Source: Amoeboaphelidium protococcarum X5 (taxonomy: Eukaryota > Fungi > Aphelidiomycota). Taken from it: a DNA stretch of 64,000 bases. The stretch lies in contig JALDTO010000208.1 of assembly GCA_023515725.1 (NCBI GenBank), positions 124,001 to 188,000 on the forward strand, in the 5' to 3' direction. Position numbers and translations under genes: made by a program. Positions 1 to 14,864 of this stretch are shown piece by piece; within the stretch, counting starts at the first letter, position 1; each line of letters starts with the position of its first letter. Below the pieces are notes generated by a model. The model saw only the letters and a program-made list of their open reading frames with translations. It did not search any database and had not been told where the DNA came from.

Positions 1-436
1 AAACAGGCAGAGACTCTTCATCCACTGCATCAAACAGATGGTAGTCGCGACTTTAGCCTTGCTAATATTCGTACTTACCAAGCACATACTTCTCACCTCC
101 CTTCGACTTGTGGACATTTTTGAAAGCAGAGATGATGTCATCAAAGTGCATTTGTTCGCACAGTTTCCAGTTTTCATTGCAAAGCTAGTCCATCCTGCGA
201 ATGCTACCCTGAGACGCAGCTAACACAAACTAACCAATAAAGTCAGCGACATTCTCAGCCTTTACAGTAGCGGTAGGGAGATCAGCGTTCTGCTGCTAGT
301 AAGCACGACATTACTGTTGACGTCTTGCAGCATGACGATCAAAGAAGCTACCAATTGACGTTCTACCAAATGACACGGAGCTGACACAATTCAGCACAGC
401 AATTGCAGCGATCACCAAACAGAACAGGGAATTCAT
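1..436 (-). CDS. Secreted protein of unknown function (3' end runs out of the window)
   Basis: ATG at 436, signal-peptide-like MNSLFCLVIAAIAVLNCVSS; frame stays open to position 1 when TAA/TAG are read as Gln. Confidence 0.6.
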
Positions 437-698
437 TTTAAAGCCTTTTCGATAATACAACTTAAACAAGACAAGTATAATTTGATTGCTATAAGTGATG
501 TATGTAAAATCAAAGAACAAAGCGTGTAACAATGGATGATTATCAGTTGAAGGAGGCGTCCATTGCTGTGCCACCGCCACACCCGAATTAAATGTGAGGC
601 TTTAGGACGTAAATATTAAGGCGCGTGAGATATCTGAAGCAAAATGAAATATGATTAATAGTAAATTTGCAAGATTTTCAATTAAATCAGTGTCACGT

Positions 699-2093
<1,395 letters not shown>

Positions 2094-2492
2094 TTACTTT
2101 GCTTAATGTATTACTTTACTAGAGAAGGGATTTATTATGATTGATGCGTAACACTAAAGATGGAGCAAAGAAAGGAAAATCGCTATTTGAAGTCGTGAAA
2201 AGGGGGAACTGAACGCTTTTTCACACTGACTCTTAAGTTGAATATCATCTTCACCTAAAATCAGCATGGTTTAAATTTATCATGATTACTATAACTTTTT
2301 ATAACAATAATATAAAGCACTGAACTAATAATCTTTTTAGAGTAGTTGCAAGCGTCATTGTTTCATCTTGATCTTTGATTACGCGTCTCGTTCTTATGGC
2401 ACCTCGTTAAGTCTCTCTTTAACGCACTTAAGTTGTGAAGGGATTTAGTAGCCAATTCATACACAGAAAATAATATAGTGAAACAAACACTG

Positions 2493-3105
2493 ATGTCTTA
2501 AAGTGTGCCATAAAGAATAACGGATGATGGGTAGATTATGAAGGTGCTCATTTAGTCCGCAGATGTCGTCTCCATTTTCCCAGACTATAGCAAGAGGTGT
2601 TAGGTGAAGTGTCACGTTCAGGTCCAATGTTGTCCCTTTGTATAATCACAGAACTCTTCTGAAAATAGCATCTCGCCATCTGGAAGCGGAGTTATTGATA
2701 TGAGCAACCAGAATGGAAAAGCTGCAGACATTCTTTACAACTCCAAGCATTAAGAACAAGCACTTGAGTTTCGTCTCAACTCTGGTTTCCAGGTGGACGC
2801 TCTGGAAATTGCCGTTAAAACAATGAAAGTTGGTGAAACATCTCGATTCTTTATCCTCCCTTAATACTCAGAGGTATACATAATAGTATTTTGATTTACA
2901 CATCATTCATAATTATTTCATGAAAGTAAAAGATAATATGTAGAAGGTTGTGTAAATGGTACTTTAACTCCAGGCGGCAAAGAAATCCGGTGTTAGGCAT
3001 CATCAGTGTGCCGTCCATTTCTGCCAGGGAACAATGTCACAGTTGGATAGTGCTTTCGGAAAGCCGTTGATTCTGGACATTCAATTGCTTAACGTTTCTC
3101 AGTGA
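2493..3105 (+). CDS. FKBP-like domain protein (AIP/AIPL1-type N-terminal domain, no TPR); intron about 2874-2943
   Basis: ITDDGQIMKVLI...LEIAVKTMKVGETSRFFI...HHQC...PLILDIQLLNV, read with TAR=Gln and one GT-AG intron. Confidence 0.7.
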
Positions 3106-3236
3106 TACTTTGTGTTAAAAATAGTTTGTAACTTTGCATTACGCGGTCATCACGCCGCGCTTCTTTAAAGATTTTTATCACCATTCCTTGCAGTAAAGTA
3201 TTCAAGTTAGACAATCACTGAGATAAACATCTCAAT

Positions 3237-4136
3237 ATGATGAATGAGGATAATGAATTTAGTGTGAAAGATTGGGTTCTGGAGATTACAAAGGCGAATT
3301 AAGGCCAACTATCTGACGAATAAAAGTAAAGGATTAGGAAGGCTAGATAGACCGCATAGGAATTGACAGATAGATTAACGCGTTCAGATTCGAGAAAATA
3401 AGATATCAAAGTGGAATCGGATAATAAAGCTGCTTCATAGAAGCCCGCACCTCCAGCTGCTTCGTAACAATAGAAGCATCAATACTTGTAAATAGACTTG
3501 TCGCCATACTGCAGGATATATGTGGGCAATATATCGCTGGAACTGTTAGAGTAACATTTACGAGTGATTTTTGGTCAGTTTGGCAATATTAAATCTGTTA
3601 GTATGTCGTATGATCCCTCGGGCAAGAAGCATCGCGGGTATGGGTTCATTGAATATACTGTACCTGAGGCGGCTATACTTGCCATCGATAATTTGGATCA
3701 GTTGAGTATAATGAATCGCCCGATCAAGGTTGGCCGTTCCAAGATGTATCCGGAGCAGGCTTTGAGGGATATGGGTCCAGCGCCTCGGTAGCGAATATAC
3801 ATATCAAACATTCATGATGGTGTTACTGAGCAGGACATCCAGTCCATATTTGAAGAATTTGGGCGAGTTCGATCAGTCGCCCTCCCGCCGCATCCAGTCT
3901 CTAAACGGCACATGAATTACGGATTCGTTGAGTATGAGGCTGAGAATGCTGCTATTAACGCGGCGATTGCAATGAACGGTTTCGACCTGGTGGGTATGCC
4001 TCTGCGAGTGACGCGATGTGTTGCCAATCTTCCAATGCCAAAAGGAATGTCGTCCAATTCGCAGGCTATTAACTAGAAATTGTAGAATATCACGTCGAAG
4101 ATTAGCAAAATTGTTGGGGACAAGATTAAATAGTGA
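3237..4136 (+). CDS. PUF60-like tandem RRM splicing factor
   Basis: RIYVGNI...KKHRGYGFIEY...IKVGR and RIYISNIH...YGFVEY...AMNGFDL; ends TAG-TGA. Confidence 0.8.
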
Positions 4137-4168
4137 TTATATAACTCTATTATGATATATTATTTTTC

Positions 4169-6220
4169 TCATTCCATGCTCTGCTCAATTTTTTAACTAT
4201 CAATGGACTATTAGAAAGAAGCCATTACCTCCTGGGACTTTTCAAAGGGATACATTAGAGACAATACAGCCAACCTCTCCTACTTATCCAGAAGAATGTT
4301 AATGCTAGCTCTACTCTTCCATGCAGGGATATACAAAGGTGATTATAACAAATCAGACTACACTTTAATAATGAGTCCCCCAGTAAAAATACGCCTCAAC
4401 TGCTCCTACACTTTAGATGACATTTAATCCATGAGTGGGAACTGAGTCGTCATCGCAGCCTGCAGATCATCACAGGTCATTTCAATCACACATTTCTAAG
4501 GATCTACATGATCTGCGACAATGGGAAGAAATTCTTAAAAAAGTCTCAACTAATTGACGTCTCGCTCAATGGCCATCTCTTTAGTTCTGCGGTTGTTCAT
4601 CCTAGAGAAGGCTTTCACGCCGGCATTGATGATCTGCAACTTCTGACTATTCACGGCGATCATATCCAATAGACATCTTGAAGCATAACTAATCTTCAGA
4701 ATACTAACATCCACCTTGTCTGAACGTATAGTGAATTGATCACGAGGAAATTGATGAGATATCCCATAATTTTGCATAAAGTTCTGTACAACGTCATAGT
4801 CTGGTTCAACTCTAACCACTGGCGCTTCTTTAGACTTGGCAGAATTATTGCTATTATCATTTGAATTAGATTACCGCCCATATAGAATCTTGCCATCAGC
4901 AGTACTAGTAGAATCAGTCTTCTCCAACACTGCAATAAAGAATCCGCCAGTATTCTAGTCATGTGGCAGGATTCTCATACAATAATTGAGATTAAGAGAC
5001 GCAACATCATCAGCCTCTGGTGGAAACATGGACTCGGTAAACTTATTGCCCTGCTGTACAGAGTCTTTCAGATGATCCTTGGTCAACACTTGGCCCTCTT
5101 TGTCAACAACCTTCCACTCGGACAATCCATGTCGGTATTTAAGTCCAGGCAGCATATGGCTAGCATCGATTAACTTCAACTTTCCACCATATACTTTAAG
5201 ACACTGTGCCACGACAGCTTCATCCTCCAATGGATTCAATGAACACGTCGAGTATACAACTCTGCCGCCAACCTTGAGCAACTGAATGGCGCGATTAAGG
5301 ATTAACGCCTGCAATTTATGCAAACCGACAGCATCCATAACTGACCACCTTTTCCAAATCATTGGATTCTTTCTCATTGTACCATCACCTGAACACGGAA
5401 CGTCAGCCAGGATTCTATCAAATAGCATCTAAGTCTATCCCTCCCTGCCATTCTCATCATTGACAACGTTCTGATACAGTGTAGGAAACTACTGAGCTTC
5501 ATGATTAGTGACCAGAAGACACTCTGAGCCCAACCTTGCAGCCATATGCGCCAGCATGTGACTACGCTTGGAATCTGCATCATTGGCAATCACGAATCCA
5601 TCCTGAATCGCACCATTTACATCACCACTATTAGAATGAAGACTTTCCAAAAGTTAAGCGGTTTTACTACCAGGCGCTGCACACATATCCAAAACTCTGT
5701 GACCAGGCTAGACATCCAACACTAGAGGCGGTATCATGGAAACTGTCTCCTATCTACTGATATTACCGACATCAGTGTGCGCCACTAGAAACTAATGGAA
5801 TCTCTGATACGCGTCCTACTTGCGCAAATCTCTCTTTGTGACATCCAATTGATAAGCTAGACCATCAGGATAAAATGGCACAGTCTGCGGTGGCGGCATC
5901 AGTGGTTATCCATCATCGTTTTTGATGGCCATCAACTGAGGGAAGAAGTCCTACTCCAGCAGAGACTTGACGCGTTCAGACAATCCATTACTCTTCGTAA
6001 TCCTGAAAGATACTGGCAGTACCTAGCGCATACTCTCCATCATGGCATCCCAGTCAGCGTCATCGCGCACAATATTCTACAACTTATAAAAGTGAGTAAA
6101 CTTGTCATTGCTGTACTCAGAGACAAACACGTCGCCTCTCTACTATTACTACTACTACTTTTATTATGGCCCAGCCCATACATCACTCTTTTACTTTTTA
6201 GACTTTCGCTTATACGGCAT
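4169..6220 (-). CDS. NSUN2: tRNA (cytosine-5)-methyltransferase NSUN2/Trm4
   Basis: GNISR(Q)ETVSMIPP, VLDMCAAPGSKTA(Q)L, FDRILADVPCSGDGT, VVYSTCSLNP, CMRILPHD in a single frame. Confidence 0.95.
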
Positions 6221-6933
6221 TACACTAAATTTTGTCTTTAAACAAAGATATTTTAAATATAAATAAGTGAATATAGTGGATAAATGATAGAAGCTTTACA
6301 ATCGAAAGAGGCGGTATTTTAACAATTTTCTCTTCTCTATCTCTCTCTTTGGCAGAAGCCTTCAGTAGTTTGGATTGAATTGTTACCAAAGGGGGATAGC
6401 GCGTTAGTTGGCCTGTTGGATGGAAAGAGGAATTTTATATTGTAAATACCTTTGTTTTAATACATTTATGCTAAGTTTGACTTGCATGAATTAGCAAACG
6501 GGTTCTACTTTCTCAAACGATGCTAAAAGATACATAGAGATCGTTTGACACACTGTATCAAGTGAAGACTAGTCACACCAAAGATCAATTGCATATTAAG
6601 GACGCGATTTGCTTAGGAAATTGTAAAGACTCTCGCGCCTGATGCAGCAGTAATGAATTAGTTTGTACAGTGGGTAAGAGAAAGAAGTTTACTAGAGAAT
6701 TGTTGCTCCTGCTGATTAGATTGATCGTGGGTGAGACTTTATCATTTCGTATAATCGATTGCAAACCAAGAGATGGATCTCTCAACAATCATGAGGGGAC
6801 CTTTCGAACAATTTACGCGTATTAGTCAGCCTCTCCTGAATTTTTTAGATTGTCTTGGTCCCTTTAATAAAGCTTTGCAATAAATAGAAAATTTATTACC
6901 TCACATCTATATCTTTAACTTGGAATTGGGGAT

Positions 6934-8085
6934 ATGTTTACATAAGTATTTTGGTAGATTTTGACGGTGTTACTTTCTATAGTCGTGTACAAGTAGTACG
7001 AATGGCGACACTCTGTGCTTCCATCATTCAATGCTTTGGTAAACTCGGGTAGTAAATAATCTCGGAATTCTTTATAATAGCAGTAGCAGTAGGAGTATGA
7101 TATAGATGGCAATGTAAAATTGGCTTTGAGTAAGTTGTATCCTTCTGATTTCTATTCTAATGCCACTGATCTGATTCTCCCTCTGGGCAGTACGCGATAC
7201 TATTACTTTGGCAGTGATAGAGCTGATGCATAGACGTTAGTCTTCATTCATGGCATAAGCTTTCCATCTCCTGGATTTAAACGGCTGGCATCAAAGCTGT
7301 CGCGTAATTACCGCATTCTCCTGTATGATTTGTATGGAAGAGGCTACTCAGATGGGCCTCATGTGGACCATGATGATGCTCTATACATTTCGTAATTGTC
7401 AATGATCTTATTGCATGCCGGAGTTTAGAAATTTCATCTAATTGGTTTCAGCTTAGGTGGTAGTATTGCGATTCAGTTCACATCATATTTCCATCACATG
7501 ATTCAGAGTCTTGTTCTCCTGGCTCCTGCTGGTCTTTTGGATGAATTACCGCTGCCTGGTAAGTTGGTACGAGTTCCGCTTTTGGGTGAGGCTATTATGT
7601 ATTCTCTGGGTGCACGCGTTATGGTCAAAGGATCGTACGCCAATTTTAAGGTGAAGCCGGAATTAGATCTGGATCATTTGTGTTCTCAGAGTCATGACTT
7701 TCTGTCAGATAACTCTACTCTGCAAGAAGACGTTTCATACTTTTATGAACTGATAAAATTGTAGACTCTGTATCATCCCTCGTATAAGAGATCCTTCCTT
7801 AGTACCACTAGACACTTTTCGATCTGTAATAAGCAAAAGATACTGGAACGACTCAGTGTGATTAGTGATGAGACTCATAGACACTTGCCAGTCACTTTGA
7901 TTTGGGGAACTGAGGATAATGTGGTTCCATATCATCTGCATGAGGACATTAAAAAGTTTATACCGCGATCAAAGCTTGTATCAATAGATTCTGCTGGTCA
8001 CAATATCATTGCTGAGAATGCCACTGCTGTGATTGATGCTCTTCAGAATCACCTTTAGAGATATTCTCAGATGCCGAAATAATGA
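6934..8085 (+). CDS. Alpha/beta hydrolase with N-terminal membrane anchor
   Basis: VFIHG, YDLYGRGYSD, nucleophile GFSLGG, IWGTEDNVVP, AGH; hydrophobic N-terminus. Confidence 0.85.
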
Positions 8086-8159
8086 TTAATTGCTCATAAA
8101 GAACATAATAAAATGTCACGTTAGCATGTATAATCTTTATTTGTGATAAAATCAATCTT

Positions 8160-9008
8160 TCATTGAAGGCATGCAGTTATTTGGCGCCGCATAAGAGGAC
8201 ACGCGTTGGCGAACAGTGGAATTGCCTCAAGCGATCTCCTGTATGGATCTCTTGACATTCTCTTTTGAATAAGTTCTTTAGTGCAGCCGTACAAATTTTA
8301 TTTAAAGTGCTTATAGGCATTCTCGTATTCACCACGGGCCACCTCTGATGAATTGAAGTTTTCCATCGGATCAATGCCAACGTATGTAAACTACTTTTCA
8401 GTGATCTACAGTGCCACTCTATGCAGATCAGTAAATCTCTTCCGTTTAAATTCAAACCCGACGACTGTGACTCTTGATGGTGGTGTATTCTGATAATTAT
8501 GGATCAGGAACTTGCAATATGAATATAACAAGTTCTCATACGAATCGCGTGAGTAATCTTCCAGCAATATTCGATCTCTAACACCTTATTCCAGATCAGG
8601 ATAGATGGCCAGCATTAGGTAGTAGTATGATGAAGCCTCGCTTATGCGAACACCGGACTGAGTATAAGATCCACTAAATATTAGCAAAGCATCACGTTCT
8701 TGTTTCAACATATCCACGCCCGCTCGGATATGCATCTTCAATGTAGAGAATTGCGTCTGGTCATGCATTCTATAGGAGTCGGCATCATGATAGGATCCTT
8801 GCATTAGATAGATTAAATGGCACGGCACAAGAATAAGGTGGGAGAATGTCTACTCTGAGTAAGAAGGACCTCGATCCTCTGTAGTAAACGACCACTGTTC
8901 GCTGGCGTTAATTGATGGTCGATTTATTCTAGTGTATATGTAACTTAGGCATACAACCCAAATAACAGCTATAAAGCAGAGCAGAATTATTCTTAATCTT
9001 TATTGCAT
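8160..9008 (-). CDS. DUF218/YOR238W-like protein with N-terminal TM segment
   Basis: HLILVPCH, LLIFSG..T, SEASSY, EDYSRDSYENLLYS, VTVVGFEFKRKRF. Confidence 0.7.
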
Positions 9009-9134
9009 TTCTTAATACTTAGTATAGACAGATTTATAAGTCACAGCTTCCTAACTGTGTGCTTATAACAAAGCTTAAGAACGATCAGACGCGCCGAGTT
9101 GTCTCAACTAATTTTTGCAGTCAAAATCAGCACA

Positions 9135-9674
9135 ATGATAAGTCAAATGATCAAATTTCTGGTGTACTCGGCATCCAGTGTGTCGGTAGCATATGAAGTG
9201 ATCAAAACTATACGCGTCTAGAGGTTAAGAATATCACTTCTAATTCCAGTGATCTTGATACTTTTAGCAACTCTGAGTAGAAAGATTTGTTTCACTCTCG
9301 TCGTTGTATTGGTCTATCATCTTTTGAATAAGGAGGCTGGTGATGGCGCCTCCCAGTAAAATAATATTAACAACGAATATTAAGCATTTGAGCAATAGTA
9401 CTGGGATACTTTGGATAGAATAGAACGCATGCTAAATCTCATTGACGTGTATAACAAGGTGTATGAGAAGGTGCGTGACTTTCGAACACAAAGCACACTA
9501 TCATGGAAAATGATAAAATTTGTTATATCCGTGTACTCTGCTGCTTTACTGACGTGCCTTTTGTATGGATAGATACAAATGCGATATATCCTCATGGTCC
9601 CGTCAACATTGGTCATCGTTGTAATCATGTTCCAGGCATTGCGCGATGTAATACCCGAGAAATGTATCTAATGA
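9135..9674 (+). CDS. Small multi-pass membrane protein, unknown function
   Basis: 180-codon ATG-to-TGA frame with several hydrophobic segments (TAR=Gln). Confidence 0.5.
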
Positions 9675-10027
9675 GAGAATATATGCCTTACTGTAAGGTC
9701 TGCCATGCAAATTTCTCGTGTGATATTGATTTTGAGGAAGTAGGTGGAAATCCCGGAAATGTTCATCACTCTCCCCGTAGATGAATCAGAAACGAACTCA
9801 ATTCGGACTGTGAAGAGCGAGCCCTCAAGTACTGGTATGTTCAGTTGCTCTCTCTTCTTATAGAGTCGCATGAATTCGTTTCGCTTTGCTCGTTTGTTGC
9901 CGTTCGACTCGTGTGTTTCTTCTTCCTTCACCTTCCTCTTCTATCAACTATTACACCGTTTTATCACATACCAGTGATAGCATTACTGTTAACTTTACGT
10001 ACGTAATACAAAATTTTCAATTTTACA

Positions 10028-12952
10028 ATGAGTGCAGCAGGAATTTTGAGTATGCTCTAGGAGCAAGAGTTGGTCAGTTATTCAGTACAACTGCTTCTCT
10101 CTGTGGTGGACTTCAACTGGATGGAGATTTCTGAGCAGTTGACCACACTGGAGGGACTGCAGGAACAGCTGGACCGTGCTCAAGTTACTGACAAGAAGGC
10201 TGGTGGTAAGGGTGGGGATTTACAGAATCTTTGCCTGCTGTTGAGTAAGCTGTACTTTCACTTGACCGAGTATAATCTTGCAGTTGACTATGCCCTGAAG
10301 TATGTGAATGCTGGCGGTCAGCTGAATGTGAATGCCAGAAATGGGAGCAGTGATGCTCAAGTGCTGTCAAACTCTTTGTATAATGATTTTGTGGTTTAGA
10401 AGAGTATTGAGCTGTACATCGCTGGTTAGAAGAAGTTTGAACAGGTGGTCAATATGGTTTTCAAGAATTGTATTGCCAACAAGGAGTGGAAAGAGTGCAT
10501 CGGTATCGCTCTGGAGTGCAACCGTATGGATGTGGTCGCCCAATGTGTCAGTGGTCTCCTTTCGTCTAAGGCCCCAGGGGCTGCGGGTGGTGAAGTTTAG
10601 TATTTGTTGTAGCTGTGCGGAACTTTGAACTCTGAGAAGAAGAGATCTGAGTTTGTGTCTTTGCTTGTGAAGCAGGTTGATTTTGACACTTTGGCGCAAT
10701 GCTGGTTGGTGTTGAATGATTCTTAGTCTTTGGTGAAGGCCATCTGTGATAAAGTTGCATCCAAGTCTGTCGATGATCAGCTGTTGGGATACCAAGTGGC
10801 GTTTGACATTTATGCTATTGCTCCAAAGCCTTTTGTTGGTGCTGCAATTGCACAATTGAAATAGTTGACTGGGCAAAGCGACATTGCAAAGAAGTTGATC
10901 AGTATTTTCAGCGGAGAACTGAGTGTATCCATGAACTTGGAGTTTATGTTCAGAAATAATCACACCGATCTGTTGCTGTTGAAGAAGGTGAAGAATTAAT
11001 TGGACTCTCGCAATAGTGCTAATCACTCTGCAGTTTCTTTTGCTCATGCTCTATGTTCTTTTGGTACTACGTCGGACACTTTCCTGAGAGATAACATGGA
11101 ATGGTTGGCAAGAGCTAGTAATTGGACCAAGTACAGTGCTTGTGCGTCTCTGGGTGTTGTTCACTTTGGCAATAGAAGAAACAGTTTACAGATCCTAAGT
11201 CCTTACCTGCCTAAGGAAGGTGGAAGTGTCAGTAGCTCTGTGTTCAGTGAAGGTGGTGCTTATTATGCTCTTGGTTTGATCCATGTTGGTGATCAGAGTC
11301 AGGTGGAAGTTGTAGATACTTTGAAGGCTGGCATGCGCCACGCTAATCCTGTTGTGTAGAATGGAGCTTGTCTCGGTATGGGTGCATGTGCTTTGGCTAC
11401 TAAAGATGAACAGCTTGGTGAAGCTTTGAAAAACATTTTGTATGGCGATGCGGCTGTCAGCGGAGAGGCTGCGTCATTGGCCATCGGTATGGTTAATGCT
11501 GGTGCCCATAATGATGCTCTGTGTGAGGAATTGCTCTAATATGCCAGAGTGAATAAGCATGATAAGATCATCCGTGCTTTAACTGTCGGCATTGGTATGA
11601 TTTAGTTTGGCCGTGGATCTGCTGCTGACAAGTTGATTGAGTCTATGCTGGCCGATAACGAGGCTTGTATCAGAAATGGTGGTGTCCATTGTCTGATGTC
11701 TGCTTATTGTGCCACTGGTTCCAATGTTGCTTTGAAGAAGCTGCTTCATATCGCAGCTACTGATGTTAGTGACGACGTTAGAAGAGTTTCTGTGATTGCA
11801 CTTGGATTCGTGTTGGCTCGTCAACCTAAGCAATTGCTTCGTGTGGTTGAGCTGATTAGTGACAGCTACAACCCAGATGTTCGTTATGGTGTAGCTCTGG
11901 CTATTGGTATCACTTGTGCAGGTAGCGGTTCTGCTGAGGCGATGGATATGTTGAATGTTTTGGTTAAGGACAGTGTTGATTATGTCCGTCAAGGTGCTTT
12001 AATCGCCATCGGTATGGTGATGATTGAGTAGAATGAAAGTAATCCACGTTTTGCTGCAGCCAAGAAGCACATTGATGATGTGTTGTTTGCAAAGCACGAA
12101 AATCTGCTTGCTCGTTTTGGTGCCACATTGGCTGTTGGTATTATGAATGCTGGTGGCAGAAATGTTTCATTGTCTTTATTATCTAGCGGTGGAATTGCGG
12201 GCACCCATGGTGGAGCATCTTTTAATGACAGTTCTGTCTCTATTTAGAAATTTGTCGGTCTCTCCATGTTTATCCAGTTTTGGTGGTGGTTTCCTCTGAC
12301 TTTGGGATTGTCTCTGGCCCTGGAGCCAACTGCATTCATCGGTATTGATTAGACATTGAAGATTGTCAACTTTGAGAAGGATGTGGTGATGTGCAACACT
12401 GTTCCATCTCAATTTTAGTATGCAGAGCCACTGAAAGAAGAGTCCAAGGAGAAAGTTGAGAAGGTGGCTGCAGCTGTCTTGTCCACCACTGCCAAGTCCA
12501 ATGCTCGTGCTAAGCATAAGGCTGCTGATAAGTAGAAGCAGTAGAATGACACATCTGACGATATGGTTATTGTGAGCCCGGCGTCTGATCGTGAAGAACA
12601 ATCCAAGGCGGATGGCATGAATGTAGAAGAGTCCGTCACGTCTGGTGATAAACCAGCTGTTGGCGTTGATGCAGAAAAGAAGAAGGCTGCTGAGGAGAAG
12701 TAATTCATGATCGCCAATTTGACTAGAGTAACTCCTAATCAGGCTGCTCACATTTAATTCGTCAGCGGATCTCGTTTCCAGCCTGTGAAGAAGAGCAAGA
12801 CGTTTGGTGTGGTTCTGTTGAAGAATGTCAAGCCGGATGAACCAGTGGAGTATATTGAGTATTCCACACCGACAATGTCCACCACCGCTGATGGCTCAGT
12901 CCCTAGTGGTGTAGAACCAGAGCCTCCTGCACCTTTTGAGTACACTGAGTGA
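10028..12952 (+). CDS. RPN2: 26S proteasome regulatory subunit Rpn2/PSMD1
   Basis: MSAAGIL, GTTSDTFLRDNMEWLARASNW, DVSDDVRR, DYVRQGA, C-terminal EPEPPAPFEY; 975 codons with many in-frame TAR. Confidence 0.96.
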
Positions 12953-13217
12953 TTAACAGTAAATTATTGCGTGTGAAGACTGGCAGAGATTAATGATAAA
13001 AATGAGCTGAAATGATAATATTTATCTCTCTATTCTCTGCTAACTATGCCAGATACAATTTATCGCAAGTCCTTTTCAACATATTCTTTTGCGCATCAAC
13101 TCTTTGAATCAGAGTTGAAAAGTAAACGAATCGAAGTTTGCTGCCTGAACGCGATCGCTTTGACCAAGAGAAACTTTTCCGTTCAACACTGAAATAATAC
13201 AACAAAAAATCGAAGAA

Positions 13218-13692
13218 ATGCTGTCATTATTACGCACAAAGTTGGTCACCAGATAGGTGCCTCTAAGCAGACTATCTGCTTTGCAAAGTAATTATATTCA
13301 TTAAATAAATTTGTAATATATTATGACGAAAACTGTAATTTGTAGAACGCACCATGGTCACTGGAGATGGATAAGATGATCATCATGAACTGACGTATGA
13401 GGAGTACACTGAGACTTATATTAAATTCTTTAAGAACGAAGCTGATGATATCTTTGAGTTATAGCGCGGATTGAACCAGGCCTTCAGTGTGGATCTGGTG
13501 CCAGCGCCATCTGTTCTGGTTGAGGCATTGAAAGCTGCCAGAAGAATGAACAGCTTTGTGCTCGCCGTTCGCACTCTTGAGGGTTTGCGCGATAAGATTG
13601 GCGACGAGAAGATTTACAAGGAATATCTGAATGATCTGAAGCCAACTCTGGATGAGCTCGGTGTTCCTGCACCTGAAGAGCTTGGACGCTGA
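13218..13692 (+). CDS. COX6: Cytochrome c oxidase subunit Va (fungal Cox6); intron 13288-13345
   Basis: Mitochondrial presequence, DIFEL(Q)RGLN, DLVPAPSV, KPTLDELGV..PEEL. Confidence 0.9.
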
Positions 13693-14099
13693 AGTGTATT
13701 TGCGGCTGGTGATGAGTGGCTGACTAAGTTTTTCTTCGTCAGCTGACTATGAAAAATAGTATCACTGTATACACAGATTATTACTTTCGGATATTTTTTA
13801 AGTTACGCGTTCTCTCTTCGTTTCTACTGCATATATTACTGATTTCTTTTGTTGGGACTTTACTTTAGCTTGAAATATTGGCATTTTGGAACTATATCCA
13901 ATCATTTAGTGGATCATTTAGTGGATCATCACTTGTGTGCAATGATCTACGATTACTGTAGATTCAAGGCATTTGAAGTATAATTGAGTAAATTCAATCT
14001 AATGAACGCCAATAATCATTTTATTACTTAAAATTTTTTAAATAACATGCAAATTCAGTTAATCAGTGTGCTTAAGCGTACCATACAACAGTTCACGAA

Positions 14100-14864
14100 T
14101 CAATCATCAGAACTATCTAATAGGATCGTCTGAGCGTCACAATTAAAGACATAATTGAAAATTTCCAGAAGAGCCTCTCTTTACTCGCCTTGTTACTAGC
14201 ACACGTATTCAGCAATCTCCTCAACGTCAAATACATGCGCTGCAACATATCGCTGACGAATCATGGACAACTTCTTCGACTTGGAGCTAACTTGACTAAA
14301 TCTCAGCATTCTATCTGACAACTTCAAATCAGACTTTTAAGACTATGTTAAAGAAGAAGACACTGTATCCCAGGTATCGCTAGAGTATTAAGGACCGAGT
14401 TTCTGCTTGACAAGCACTTAGAAATCAGTTATCAGCTATCCAACAGCCAGCTTCGTGCTTCTTTTCACATGCAAATCAAGCGTCTTCTTCAAATCCTCAT
14501 TACTCTTCTTCAAATTACAAATCTCAATGTTCAGAGTGTCAAATTACTTTTTTAATTCACTTTTCAGATTCTCAATAACCTCATCGCGTGATTGATCTGA
14601 AGGTTAAATAATCAAATCACCTAGATTTTTGGCCACTGCAGCTGAGTCTTTTTACGAGTACTTCCGCACCTCCAGTCTTAATCTGCCAATGACTTGTTGT
14701 TAGGCGCTAATCTCTTCATCCTTCAACAACAAGTCTTGCTTATGCTGAACTTACAACTGCTAGATTGCCTACTTGGCCCGCGTCACTCTCCTGTTGTTCA
14801 AATCTTTGTGAGTTCTGCGGCCACACAGTGAACACTCATCCCTATTTTAAGAAGTCCTCTACTT
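14100..14864 (-). CDS. Coiled-coil protein of unknown function; 5' exon(s) unresolved, probably up to about 14983
   Basis: About 255 TGA-free codons rich in heptad K/E/Q/L, N-terminal CSLC; upstream in-frame TGA and nearby GT..AG sites suggest an intron. Confidence 0.5.

Noticed and set aside
13901-13929. 12-bp tandem repeat ATCATTTAGTGG, about 2.4 copies
   Set aside because: Too short and without spacers; not CRISPR or telomeric, and only a superficial resemblance to U3 box A
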